A DNA stretch of 64,000 nucleotides, taken from positions 320,001 to 384,000 of the forward strand of contig CAVOFT010000001.1 of the NCBI GenBank assembly GCA_963695095.1, in the 5' to 3' direction. Numbering within the stretch: the stretch's first letter is position 1; each line of letters opens with the position of its first letter. The notes under the pieces are model-generated. The model worked only from the letters and a program-made list of their open reading frames with translations. It did not search any database and was not told where the DNA came from. This document shows positions 35,966-45,998 of this stretch, piece after piece. The stretch is from an uncultured bacterium (GTDB lineage: Bacteria > Krumholzibacteriota > Krumholzibacteriia > JACNKJ01). The position numbers and the translations under genes were made by a program.

Positions 35966-36790
35966 GTGAGCTGGCAACCCCTCCGCGATCCCGTGCGCAT
36001 CCGCGCCTTCTGCGCCCGCGATCCGGGGCGCTATCTCTTTCATCTCGGCGATCTCGATCCGGCCCAGTGGCCGGACGCGGAGTACCTTGGCTGGGAGGAG
36101 CCCGCGGCGGGCCCAGGCGCGGCGCCCGCGGCGGGTCCGGGCGCGGCGCCCGCGGCGCTGCTGCTGCTCTACCATGGGCTCAGCCTGCCGGCGCTGATCG
36201 CCTTCGGCGACGCTGGCGCCCTCGGCGCGCGCTTCGCCGCCGCGCTGCCGCTGCTCCCACCGGCGGGCTTCATCCACGCCTTCGCGGAGGACCTGGCGTT
36301 ACTCGAGCGCCTGCGGCGGGTCAAGCGGCACGGGCCCATGCGCCGCATGCTCTGGGCGGGCTTCCCCGCGGGCGACACGCCGCCCGAAGCCGCGCGGGCG
36401 CGGCGACTCGACGCGGCGGATCTGCCGCAGCTTGCCGCGCTCTATGCCGAGAGCTACCCCGAAGGCTACTTCGAGCCGGTGCAGCTCGAGCGCGGGCTCT
36501 TTGTCGGCGTCGACGTCGGCGGCGCGCTGGCCAGCGTCGCGGGTGTACACGTGTACAGCGAGAGCGAGGGCGTGGCGATGCTGGGGAACATCGCCACGCG
36601 GCCGGCGCGGCGGGGGCAGGGCCTGGGGCGCGCGGCCACGGCGGCGCTGGTGGCGGCGCTCGCGCCGCGGGCGCAGCACATCGGCCTCAACGTGCGCGCG
36701 GACAACGCGCCGGCGCTGCGCCTCTATGAACGCCTGGGCTTTCGCACGGAGTTCATCTACGAGGAGGCGCGCTTTGGGCTGCGAGACTAG
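35966..36790 (+). CDS. GNAT-family acetyltransferase (FR47-like)
   Basis: LGNIATRPARRGQGLG, NAPALRLYERLGF. Confidence 0.88.
   Translation: MSWQPLRDPVRIRAFCARDPGRYLFHLGDLDPAQWPDAEYLGWEEPAAGPGAAPAAGPGAAPAALLLLYHGLSLPALIAFGDAGALGARFAAALPLLPPAGFIHAFAEDLALLERLRRVKRHGPMRRMLWAGFPAGDTPPEAARARRLDAADLPQLAALYAESYPEGYFEPVQLERGLFVGVDVGGALASVAGVHVYSESEGVAMLGNIATRPARRGQGLGRAATAALVAALAPRAQHIGLNVRADNAPALRLYERLGFRTEFIYEEARFGLRD
36100..36157 (+). repeat. 24-bp in-frame tandem repeat (PAAGPGAA x2.4)
   Basis: gcccgcggcggg(c/t)cc(a/g)ggcgcggc twice plus a partial copy. Confidence 0.8.
36544..36557. repeat. Palindrome TGTACACGTGTACA, copy 2 (inside the GNAT CDS)
   Basis: Encoded by ggt gta cac gtg tac agc. Confidence 0.75.
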
Positions 36791-37614
36791 TCAACCGGCA
36801 GCAGCCGTCCCAGCCGATACGCCAGCAAGCGCTCGACCATCGTGCGGCGATAGGCCGCGCTGGCGCGCAGGTCGTCGATGGGCGCGCACTCGGCGGCGGC
36901 GGCCGCGGCCGCTGCGATGATCGCCTCGCGCGTGAAGGGCCAGCCCACCAGCGCGATCTCCGCAGCCCGCGCGCGCAGCACCGTGGGCGCCACCGCCCCC
37001 AGCGCGATGCGCGCGCGCTTGACCTCACCGCCGTCGAGTTCGAGCGAGGCCGCCACGCTGACCACCGCGATCGCCATCGCGTCGCGGAAGGCCAGCTTGT
37101 GGAAGAAGCTCGCCGCGCCCGCCGCCGGCCGCGGGATCTCCACCGCGACGATCAGCTCGCCCGCCGCGAGCTGCGTGCGGCCGGGACCGAGCATCAGGTC
37201 CTCTACTTTGAGCTCCCGCCGGTCCGTGACGCAGCGCGCGCCGTAGGCGATCAGCGGCGGCAGCGTGTCCGCGGCCGGCGAGGCGTTGGCCAGGTTGCCG
37301 CCGAGGGTGGCCCGCTCGCAGATCGCGCGCGCGGCAAAGACGCGCAGGGACTCGGCCAGCGCCGGCCAGGCGGCCAGCGCCGGGTGCGCGTGGAGGTCCG
37401 CCAGCGGCAGCGCCGCGCCAACCCGAATTCCCGCGGGTGTATCAGTGAACACGTGCAGCTCGGGCAGGGCCTTCAGGTCCACGAGCGCTTCGGGCCAGGG
37501 GTGTTCGCGACCGAGGCGCACGAGCAGGTCCGTGCCGCCGGCCAGGGGCCGCGCCGCGCCCGCCGCGAGGGCGGCGAGGGCATCGGCCAGGCGCACGGGG
37601 CGGGCATACTGCAT
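36787..37614 (-). CDS. Xanthine dehydrogenase family FAD-binding subunit (XdhB/CoxM-like)
   Basis: LAGGTDL, ATLGGNLANASPAAD, IALGAVAPT, PIDDLRASAAYR. Confidence 0.9.
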   Translation of the reverse strand: MQYARPVRLADALAALAAGAARPLAGGTDLLVRLGREHPWPEALVDLKALPELHVFTDTPAGIRVGAALPLADLHAHPALAAWPALAESLRVFAARAICERATLGGNLANASPAADTLPPLIAYGARCVTDRRELKVEDLMLGPGRTQLAAGELIVAVEIPRPAAGAASFFHKLAFRDAMAIAVVSVAASLELDGGEVKRARIALGAVAPTVLRARAAEIALVGWPFTREAIIAAAAAAAAECAPIDDLRASAAYRRTMVERLLAYRLGRLLPVD

Positions 37615-37618
37615 GGCG

Positions 37619-39423
37619 CTAGTCCACCGGGTCGCCGCTGGCGTCGAGCATGAACAGCCAGATGTCGGCGCCGCCCGCGCTCGCCGTGTCCGTGACGCCG
37701 GCGACGATGCTTCCGCTTTCCCAGGGAATCACGGCGCGCGCCTCGTCCTGGCCGACGCCGCCGTGGACCTTGCGCCAGCTCTCCGCGCCCGCGGCGTTCG
37801 TGCGCACGAGGAAGAGCTCGCGGTCGGCCGCGCCGCCCACCTCGAGATAGCCGCCGAGCAGGTAGCCGCCCGCGGGCATCGCCGTGAGGGCGAAGCCCTG
37901 GTCCCAGCCGCCGTCGCCGAAGTCCGTGTTCCAGTCCTCGTCGCCCGTGGCGTCCAGACCCAGGAACCAGAGCTGCTTGTCGCCGCCGCCGAGCACCGCG
38001 TAGCCCCCCGTGCGCAGGCCGAGCGCGCGGCCCGCGTTGTAGGGGCTGCCCAGCAGGTAGTCGCGCGACCAGTCCTCGGCGCCGGCGCTCGTCGTCTTGA
38101 GCATCCAGAGCCGCTCCTGGCCGGCCGTCTCGCGCAGACCGGTGACGATGTAGCCGTCGTCCGCCGTCTGCTCCACGGCGTAGCCGATGCTGCGCTCTGG
38201 TCCACCGTGCTCCTGGCTCCAGGTGACGGCGCCCGTGGCGTCGAGCTTGTAGAGCGCGAGGCGCGAGGCGCCGCCCGTCTGCCGCTCGCCGGCCACGATG
38301 AAGCCGCCGTCGCTGGTGGGCCGCACGCAGTGCGCGTACTGGGTGTCGTCCACGTCGCCGAGAATGCGGCTCCAGATGACGCCGCCGCCTGCATCGAGAC
38401 GGAGGACCCAGGCATTCGGCCCGCGCGTGCCGGGCAGCGAGGTGGTCCAGCCGCAGACGATGAAGCCGCCGTCGGGCAGCCCAAAGCCACTGCGCAGGTG
38501 GTCGCTGCCGCTGCCGCCGTAGTTGCGGTACCAGCGCTCGTCGCTCGCCAGCGACAGCTGTATCACGCAGCCCTGGATGTTGCCGTCGGGCATCGTCGTC
38601 TCGCCGATGAGGCCGACGGCGTCGCCCGTCGGCGCCACCAACGCGTAAACGCGGTCGTCGCCCTGGCCGCCGTAGCGGCCGCTGATGGCGCCCGTCTTCG
38701 CCGGCACCATGAGGAAGAGCGTGTCGGCGGCCAGCGGCGTGCCCTCGCCGTCGAAGCCCATGGCCTCGAGGCCGTAGATGCCCGGCGCGGCGAAGCGCGT
38801 CGGGTCCCAGCTCGCCTGGAAGGGCGCGCTGCTGTCGGAGGAGAGGGCGACCCCGTTCACGCCGAAGTCCACCCGCGCGAAGCTCGTGCCCGCGAAGGGC
38901 GCCACCTCGATGGCCACGGGCCCGGCCGTCACGATCGTGCGCAGGGAGTCGGGCGCGATCCACTGCAGGCTGCCCAGGCGCCGGTCGACCGCGATGGGAA
39001 TGGCGGGCGACGTGTAGCGGGTTTCACCGCTCTGCAAGCACGCGGAGCGTCAGCGTCGTTTCGCCTTCGCCCTCGCCCGCGATGCGAAAAGTCCAGCCGC
39101 TGGCGCCGACCACGCCGGCCACGGCGCTGCTGGCCACGGCCAGGCTCAGGCTGAAGCCGCTCACGGGCGTGAACTCCTCGCTCTGCTCGTTCAGGAAGCG
39201 CACGCTGATCTGCGGGGTCTCCTCGTCCAGAAAGGTGGCGATCTCCCCGGTGACGGCGTTGCCCGCCACGCTCACGATGTCGCTGGTCGCCGTGCGCAGG
39301 ACGAGCCCCGTCACCGCCGGCAACACCGGCGGATCGGGCGGCGGCTCCTCCACCTTCCGGCGGGCGCAGGCGCCCAGCGCCATGAGAGGCGGCGAGGCTC
39401 AGCAGCAGAAGGCGGCTCTCCAT
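37619..39423 (-). CDS. Lipoprotein with Ig-like domains and a C-terminal beta-propeller; frameshifts near 39385 and 39035
   Basis: MESRLLLLSLAA/LMALGAC lipobox; WxRxYGG, TSDGGFIVAG, LxKLDAxG repeats. Confidence 0.75.
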
Positions 39424-39427
39424 GATC

Positions 39428-39928
39428 TCATGCGTCGCTTCCTTTGCCGGCAGTGCGCGCCGCGAGCTCGACGGCGTCCAGGATCTTCGCGTAGCCCGTG
39501 CAGCGACAGAGATTCCCCGCCAGGCCGGCCTTGATACTAGCACGGTCGAGGGCCTCTGTCTTGGCGATGAGGTCTGCCGCGCTCACGACGAGCCCGGGGA
39601 AGCAGTAGCCGCACTGCACCGCGTGCGTGGTCTCCATGGCCGCCTGCACGGGATGGCCGGCCAGGCCCTCCACGGTGACGACCTCGGCGCCCTCGGCCTC
39701 GACGGCCAGGACGAGGCAGGAGTTCACCAGGCGGCCGTCCAGCAGCACGTTGCAGGCCCCGCACTCGCCCTCGGCGCAGACCTCCTTGGCGCCGGTGAGC
39801 TGCAGCTCCTCGCGCAGAAAGTGCAGCAGGCGCGTGGTGGTGGCCACCTCGCGCTCCACGGCCTCGCCGTTCACGGTGCAGCGGAGGGTGAGGCGGTCCT
39901 CGTGCGCGGGCGGCAGGTCCCAGGTCAT
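39428..39928 (-). CDS. (2Fe-2S) subunit, XdhC/CoxS-like
   Basis: CAEGECGAC, NSC, QCGYC, NLCRCTGY all intact. Confidence 0.92.
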   Translation of the reverse strand: MTWDLPPAHEDRLTLRCTVNGEAVEREVATTTRLLHFLREELQLTGAKEVCAEGECGACNVLLDGRLVNSCLVLAVEAEGAEVVTVEGLAGHPVQAAMETTHAVQCGYCFPGLVVSAADLIAKTEALDRASIKAGLAGNLCRCTGYAKILDAVELAARTAGKGSDA

Positions 39929-41151
39929 CGCGTCAGCTCCGCGGGTAGTTGGTCCAGGCTGGAAATCACCGGCGCGGGCGGAAAGAGCGGCGCGAGAGCG
40001 CCCGCGTCCTTGAGCCCGTGGCCCGTGACCAGCGCGACGATCTCCGCGTCCGGCTCGAGCAGGCCCTCGGCGAGGGCCTTGCGCAGGCCCGCCAGCGCGG
40101 TCGCGCCCGCCGGCTCGGCGAAGATGCCCTCCAGACGCGCCAGCTCGTAGCCCGCAGCGAGGATCTCGGCGTCGCTCACGGTGAGGGCGAAGCCCTGGGT
40201 TTCGCTGAGCGCGCGCAGGGCCTTCTCGCCGTCGCGCGGGCGATCGACCACCAGGGAATCAGCCACGGACTGCGCGACCACGGGTTCGATCGTGCCGTCC
40301 GCCTGCCAGGCGCGCGCGATGGCCGCCGAGCCCTCGGGCTGCACGGCGACGAGGCGCGGCAGCTCGTCGATCCAGCCCACGCGCTGGAGATCGACGAGGC
40401 CCTTGTGCACGCCGGCCAGGATGCAGCCGTCGCCCGCGGGCACGAGGATGGCGTCCGCGATGCGCCGCTTGCCCGGCCGCGCAAGCGCGAGCACCGCGGA
40501 TTTCTTGCCCTCCGCGCACCAGGGGTTGTGCGCCGTGTTTCGCGAGACCCAGCCATGCTCGGCCACGGCCGCGAGGCAGAGTTCGTAGGCAAGATCGTAG
40601 TTGCCGTCCACCAGCAGCAGCCGCGCGCCGTGGGCCTGCACCTGGCGCAACTTGGCGGCGGGCGCGCTCTTGGGCGCGAAGACCACCGCCTCTATGCCCA
40701 GGCGAGCGGAGAGGCAGGCGAGGCTAGCGCCGGCGTTGCCCGTGGAGGCGCAGGCGATGGTAGCGGCGCCAAGTTCGCGGGCGCGCATGAGCACGGCCAG
40801 CGTGGCGCGGTCCTTGAGGCTGCCCGAGGGCAGGCGGGTCTCGTCGAGCAGGGTGAGGTGGCGAGCGCCGAGCGCCGCACCGAGGCGGGCCGCGGGCTGC
40901 ACGCGCGTCCAGTCCAGCAGCTCGAAGAAGAGCGGATCCTCGTGGCCGAGGCGCACGGGCGAGAGCAGCACGGCGGGGTTGATGCCTTCACCGCCCGCGG
41001 CCGCGAGGCGGCGGGCCAGCGCGGGGTAGTCGTAGAGCAGGTCGAGCGTGCCGCCGCATTTTGTACACGTGTACAAAGCGGGCGCGATGGCGGCCGCCGC
41101 GCCGCAGAGTGCGCAGCGGGCCTCGACCGGTCCCTGGCCCGCGAAGCTCAC
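39925..41151 (-). CDS. Threonine synthase-like PLP enzyme (fold type II)
   Basis: N-terminal CxxC..CxxC, PSGSLKDR, ASTGNAG, EGKK, VPAGDG, FAEPAGA, TGHGLKD; GTG overlaps the upstream stop. Confidence 0.85.
   Translation of the reverse strand: MSFAGQGPVEARCALCGAAAAIAPALYTCTKCGGTLDLLYDYPALARRLAAAGGEGINPAVLLSPVRLGHEDPLFFELLDWTRVQPAARLGAALGARHLTLLDETRLPSGSLKDRATLAVLMRARELGAATIACASTGNAGASLACLSARLGIEAVVFAPKSAPAAKLRQVQAHGARLLLVDGNYDLAYELCLAAVAEHGWVSRNTAHNPWCAEGKKSAVLALARPGKRRIADAILVPAGDGCILAGVHKGLVDLQRVGWIDELPRLVAVQPEGSAAIARAWQADGTIEPVVAQSVADSLVVDRPRDGEKALRALSETQGFALTVSDAEILAAGYELARLEGIFAEPAGATALAGLRKALAEGLLEPDAEIVALVTGHGLKDAGALAPLFPPAPVISSLDQLPAELTR
41060..41077. repeat. Palindrome TTTGTACACGTGTACAAA, copy 3 (inside the ThrC-like CDS)
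   Basis: 18-bp perfect palindrome; codons ttg tac acg tgt aca aaa. Confidence 0.8.
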
Positions 41152-42126
41152 ATCGTCTCCGCCATGATGGCCTTGCAGGTGTGCAGGCGGTTTTCGGCCT
41201 CGGGGTAGACCACCGACTGCGGGCCGTCGATCACCGCGTCCGTCACCTCGTTGCCGCGGTCGGCGGGCAGGCAGTGCATGTAGAGGGCGTCCTTGGCGGC
41301 GAGCGCCATGCGCCGCTCGTCGCAGATCCAGTCCTTGTGCTTGGCCGCGAGCGCCAGCCCCTCCTCCGGCCGGCCGAAGTAGTCGAAGGCGCCCCAGCTC
41401 TTGGGGTAGACCACGTCCGCGCCCGCGAAGGCGGCGTCCATGTCGTCGGTCACTTCGAGCAGGGTGCCGGCCTCGAGCGGCGTTCGCGCGGGCGATCTCG
41501 AGCTGGTCGGGCATCAGCTCGTAGCCGGGCGGGTGGGCCAGCACCACGTCGATGCCGAAGCGCGGCATCAGGGTGAGCAGGCCCTGCGGCACGCTCATCG
41601 GCTTGGCGTAGCTGGGCGCGTGGGCCCAGCTCACGGCCAGGCGCAGGCCGCGCAGGTTCTCGCCGCGCAGTTCCTGCAGAGGTCATGAGGTCGGCCAGGG
41701 TCTGGCAGGGGTGGTCCACGTCGCACTGCATGTTGATGACGGGCACGCTGGCGTGCTCGGCCACGGCGCGCATCAGCGTCGTGCCCTCGCCGGGCACCAG
41801 GTCGTGGCGGATGGCGATGGCGTGGCCGTAGCTGCTGACAGGATGACGCCCATGTCCTTGGGGCTCTCGCCGTGGGCCATCTGGCTGGTGGAGGCGTCGA
41901 TGAAGTGCGCGTGGGCGCCGAGCTGGGTGGCGCCGGCCTCGAAGCTGTTGCGCGTGCGCGTGGACTTGTCGAGGAAGAAGAGGAAGATGGTCTTGTCCGG
42001 CAGCACCCGGTGCGAGACGCCGGTCTTGAACTGCCGCTTCAGCTCGATCGCCCGCGTGATCAGGTGCTGCAGCTCGGCGAGCTTCCAGTCCTGGGTGGCG
42101 ATGTAGTCGCGTCCGCGCAAGTGCAT
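41148..42126 (-). CDS. Carbamoyltransferase, YgeW-like; frameshifts near 41835, 41680 and 41475
   Basis: STRT, NMQCDVDHPCQ, SWAHAPSYAKPMSVPQG (YgeW-type segment), YPKSW, HCLPAD. Confidence 0.8.
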
Positions 42127-42205
42127 GGCTTCCCCTCCCTCCCGTCTTGGGAACAGGCCAGACTAGCGCGGCGGCGGGCGGGAAGCAAGGCGGGCCGGCG
42201 AGGCG

Positions 42206-43159
42206 CTAGCCGCCGCCGAGAGCCTCCACCCAGGCCGGCACCTCGGGTTCGCCGCGGAAGATGGCGCGGTCCAGGCCTGCCGTGATCGCCCAGCGGTGCA
42301 GCCAGGTGATGCCGCCCCTGCCCGCGTAGCCGTCCACGGGCCGTGCGTAGACCGGGTCGGCCAGCGCTTCTTCGAGTGAGATGAACGCGTAGCCTCGCGC
42401 CGCGAGGGCGTCCAGCAGCGGCGCCAGCCAGTCGGCGTTGAGCGCATTGGCGTGGATGAGCAGGATCTGCGGGATCGGCCGGCCGACGATCTGCTCGGCC
42501 TGGCCCTCGTAGAACTCCACCACGGAGAGCATGTAGCGCAGGTAGTCATCGCCGAGGCGGCGCGCGGTGGCCGCGTCACCCGCGTTCCAGGCCTTGGTGT
42601 GGGCGCGGGCGTAGAGCCAGTCGCTGTTGTCCAGGGTGACCGGCGCCACCGTGTAGCCGCGCCCGGCGAGGAAGGCGGCCGTCTCGGCCTGCACCTCCGC
42701 CGAGAGCCCGATGTGCAGGTACGGATGTCGGAACCAGCGCAGGTGTCCGCCGGCAGCCTCCACCAGCGCCTTCAGCGGCGTCTCGCCGGCGAGGACATCC
42801 GCTTCCCACGCCGCGGGCTCCACCTGATGCAGGCTGGGATGCGTGCGCGTGTGGTTGCCGAGCTCCAGGCCGGCCGCCAGCCAGCGGCGAAGCAGGGCCT
42901 CGCGCGCGGGATCCACCTGGCCCTCCACCTCGAGCTTGCCCGAGTTCACGAAGCCCAGCGCCGGCGCCTCGTGCGCCGCGAGCGCGGCGAGGATGCGCAC
43001 GGTGATCGTCTCCTGCTGGGCCGGCGTGTGCCGGCCGATCTGCGCGATGGGCAGGTCGTCGATGCTGATCGCCATGCACCTGGCCGGCGCCTCGGCCGCG
43101 TGGCCGGGCGCGGCGAGTGTCGCGAGGAGCACGGCGAGCAGTGCGAGGCTGCGCGGCAC
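42206..43159 (-). CDS. Secreted polysaccharide deacetylase (CE4/NodB-like)
   Basis: SIDDLP, LGNHTRTH, WFRHPYL, LLIHAN; signal peptide after GGAGG. Confidence 0.88.
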   Translation of the reverse strand: MPRSLALLAVLLATLAAPGHAAEAPARCMAISIDDLPIAQIGRHTPAQQETITVRILAALAAHEAPALGFVNSGKLEVEGQVDPAREALLRRWLAAGLELGNHTRTHPSLHQVEPAAWEADVLAGETPLKALVEAAGGHLRWFRHPYLHIGLSAEVQAETAAFLAGRGYTVAPVTLDNSDWLYARAHTKAWNAGDAATARRLGDDYLRYMLSVVEFYEGQAEQIVGRPIPQILLIHANALNADWLAPLLDALAARGYAFISLEEALADPVYARPVDGYAGRGGITWLHRWAITAGLDRAIFRGEPEVPAWVEALGGG

Positions 43160-43374
43160 TGGAACCTCCGGGAGCGAGCGCGGGCAGTCTATCACAGCGC
43201 TGTCCTGGCCGCCCGCTGCCAAGCGAATCTCTGGGTCCGAATCTCGACATGCGGGTGCGCAGCGATGAATCCCCGGCGCCCCCTTTCGCCGCGGCCCCTC
43301 CTCTGTCATATTCGGACACATTGAACTCGCGGCCCCGCGCCGCCCTCCGCAACCCGCGCCCAGGAGCCTTCCCC

Positions 43375-45934
43375 GTGCCGAAAGCCAAGATCCGGACCGT
43401 CACCGTGAGCGGCATCGAGGCCGCCCAGCGCATCCGCAAGAGCAAGCTCGCCGTGCCCGACTTCGAGCAGGAGCGCTTCGAGGAGATCGGCTGGCTCACC
43501 GCCATGCTGCTCAGCTTGCTCGGCAACTACTCCCAGACCGGCCACTTCGGCGGCCCCCTGGCCTACACGCCCTTCGTCGTCACGGCCCACCTGCTCGGGC
43601 CCGCGCAGGGCGGCCTGCGCTATGATTACCGCCGGCCCAAGCACCCCTTTGCCGACAAGTTCATGCTGGCCGGCGGCCACAATGCGCCCGTGACCTATGC
43701 GCTCTGGATGATCATGGGCGAGGCCCTGGCCCGCGCCCAGGCGCGCAGGGGCGAGGCGCGCTATCGCGGCCGACCCGGCCACGAGCATGCTGGCGATCGA
43801 CGCCCTCGGCTTCCGCCGCAGCGCCGGCGCCCTCAAGACCCTGCTCGCCGAGCGCGGCCTCACGGATCACCCGCTCTTCGCCCAGGCCAAGCTGCGCGGC
43901 ATCCGCGCACTCTCGGGCCACTCCGAGTCCACGGACCTCACCAACGACGTCAACGGCGGGCCCTCCGGCGTGGGCCTGGCCACTGCCGCCGGCAAGGCCG
44001 CCTTCTGGGACACCATGGGCGCCCCGCTGGGCACGCCGAAGATCATGGCCATCGAGGGCGAGTTCGCGCTCACCTCGGGCCACTCGCAGGAGTTCAAGAC
44101 CCAGGCCGTCGCGCAGAAGGTGGGGGGGCGCCTGCGCGTGATCCTCTCCCTCAACAACGCGGGCATCGACGACGAGCTGCTGGGCAGCGTCATCGGCCCC
44201 GAGTTCACGGGCTACGACATCCCCAACCAGTGGGCGGCGTACGGCTGGAACGTCTTCGCCATTGCGAACGGCAACGACTACGCCCAGGTCGCCGCGGCCT
44301 TCCAGGCCATGGAGGCTAGCGACCCCGCCGACCGCCGCCCGCAGATCCTCATCGGCAAGACGATCAAGGGCTGGTGGCCGGGCATGGTGAAGGGCGAGAT
44401 CCCGGGCTACGGCAAGGCCGTGGTGGACCACGCCTCGCACCCCTACGCCTTCCCCATGAACGGCGACTACTTCCGGGCGCTCGCCGCCACCTTCGAGCGG
44501 CGCTTCGGCCTCGGCTTCGAGGGCCTGGCCGCCGGCGCCATCAAGGACGACCGCGAGCGCCTGCTCCAGTTCAAGCGCAACGTCGACATCGCCCTTTCCG
44601 TGCTGGACGGCGGCCTCGGCCAGTGGCTGGCCGATCGCCTCGTCGCCATCGGCGACGAGCTTCGCGACGATCTGCCGCTGCGCCGCAAGCGCGCCCGCGA
44701 CCCCTTCACGGACCCGCGCCTGGCCGTGGCCGCTCTGCCCGTCGAGCCGCAGACCCTCAGCGTCACCGACTCGGCCACGGGCCAGACCGCCGAGGTGGGC
44801 GTGCGCCTCTTCGAGCCCGCGGGCAAGGTGGCCGGCGCGCGCCGGGCGATCTCCGAGATCTTCAAGTACGCGAATGCGGTGACCGACGGCCGCTTCATCG
44901 CCATCGCCGCGGACCTGGCCGGCTCCATCAACGTCGAGAAGAGCGCCCTCTTCGGCCGCTTCGACCCGGTGGCCAACCCCGCCGGCACCCTGCACCGGGC
45001 CGGCATCCAGGAAGCGGGCAACGCGCTCACGGCGATCGGCCTCATCAGCCAGACGGCCTCGCTGGATCCGGCCGTGCACGACGGGGTCTGGGCGCTGAGC
45101 GGCACCTACGGCGCCTTCACGCCGCTGATGTACCTGCCCGCCCGCGTCTGGAGCCAGCAGAACCAGGACAGCCCCTTCCGCGTGGGCGTGCTGCACATCC
45201 TCGCCGGGCACTCGGGGCCCGAGACCGCGGCCGATGCGCGCACGCACTTCGGCATCTTCTCGCCGCAGGTCTGGAAGCTCTTTCCGCGCGGGCATGTCAT
45301 CTCGCTGAGCTTCTGGGACTACAACGACGTCGCGCCGGGCTACTTCGCCGCCGCGGCCATCGCCGCCCGCGATCCGCAGGTGGGCGTGATCGTGCTCGAG
45401 GTGGCGCGGCCGGACTTCCCCGTCGCCGACCGCTCGCGCTTCGCCGACACGGACCTGCGCGCGGCGGCCAAGGGCCTCTATGTCATCCGCGACTTCGCGC
45501 CCGGCAAGCCGAGGCACGGCTACGTGATCGCGCAGGGCTCCAGCTCCACCTTCAACCTGCTCGCCGCCCTGCCCCGCCTGGAAGCCGCGGGCGTGAACGT
45601 GAAGGTGATCGCCGCCATCAGCGAGGAGCTCTTCGACCGCCAGAGCGCCGCCTATCGCGAGTCGGTGCTGCCGCCGGGCGCGGTGAACGACCTCATGCTG
45701 GTGACCACGGGCACGCGCCGCATGCCGCCCTTGCGCAATCTCGGCCCGCTCACGGAGCAGTACTCGCTCACCGCCGACCAGGAGAACCGCTGGCTCTCGG
45801 GCGGCACCGAGGCGGACGTGATCGCCGAGGCGGGCCTGGACGAGGAGTCCATCTTCGCGGGCATCAAGCGCTTCGCCGTGGAGCGGCCGCAGCGCCTGGC
45901 CCAGCAGCGGGAGTTGCTCGCCGGTCTCGATTAG
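43375..45934 (+). CDS. Divergent transketolase-family ThDP enzyme; frameshift near 43770
   Basis: GHFGG, AGGH, LSGHSE, GWNV, TIKG, ADLAGS, GIQE, HSGPETAADARTH; GDG motif reads EGEF. Confidence 0.82.
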
Positions 45935-45941
45935 GATCCGC

Positions 45942-45973
45942 GTTGCGACCCGCCCCCGGGGGCGGGCCGCAAC
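45942..45973. terminator. Long palindrome between convergent genes, centred on CCCGCCCCCGGGGGCGGG
   Basis: gttgcg-a-cccgccccc|gggggcggg-c-cgcaac. Confidence 0.55.
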
Positions 45974-45998
45974 CGGGTCCGGGCGATGTCCCCGGTGA

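Noticed and set aside
39925..41634. Carbamoyltransferase-threonine synthase fusion (569 aa)
   Set aside because: Artefact of the frameshift near 41475; the transferase C-terminus and stop are in another frame and the ThrC-like gene has its own GTG at 41151.
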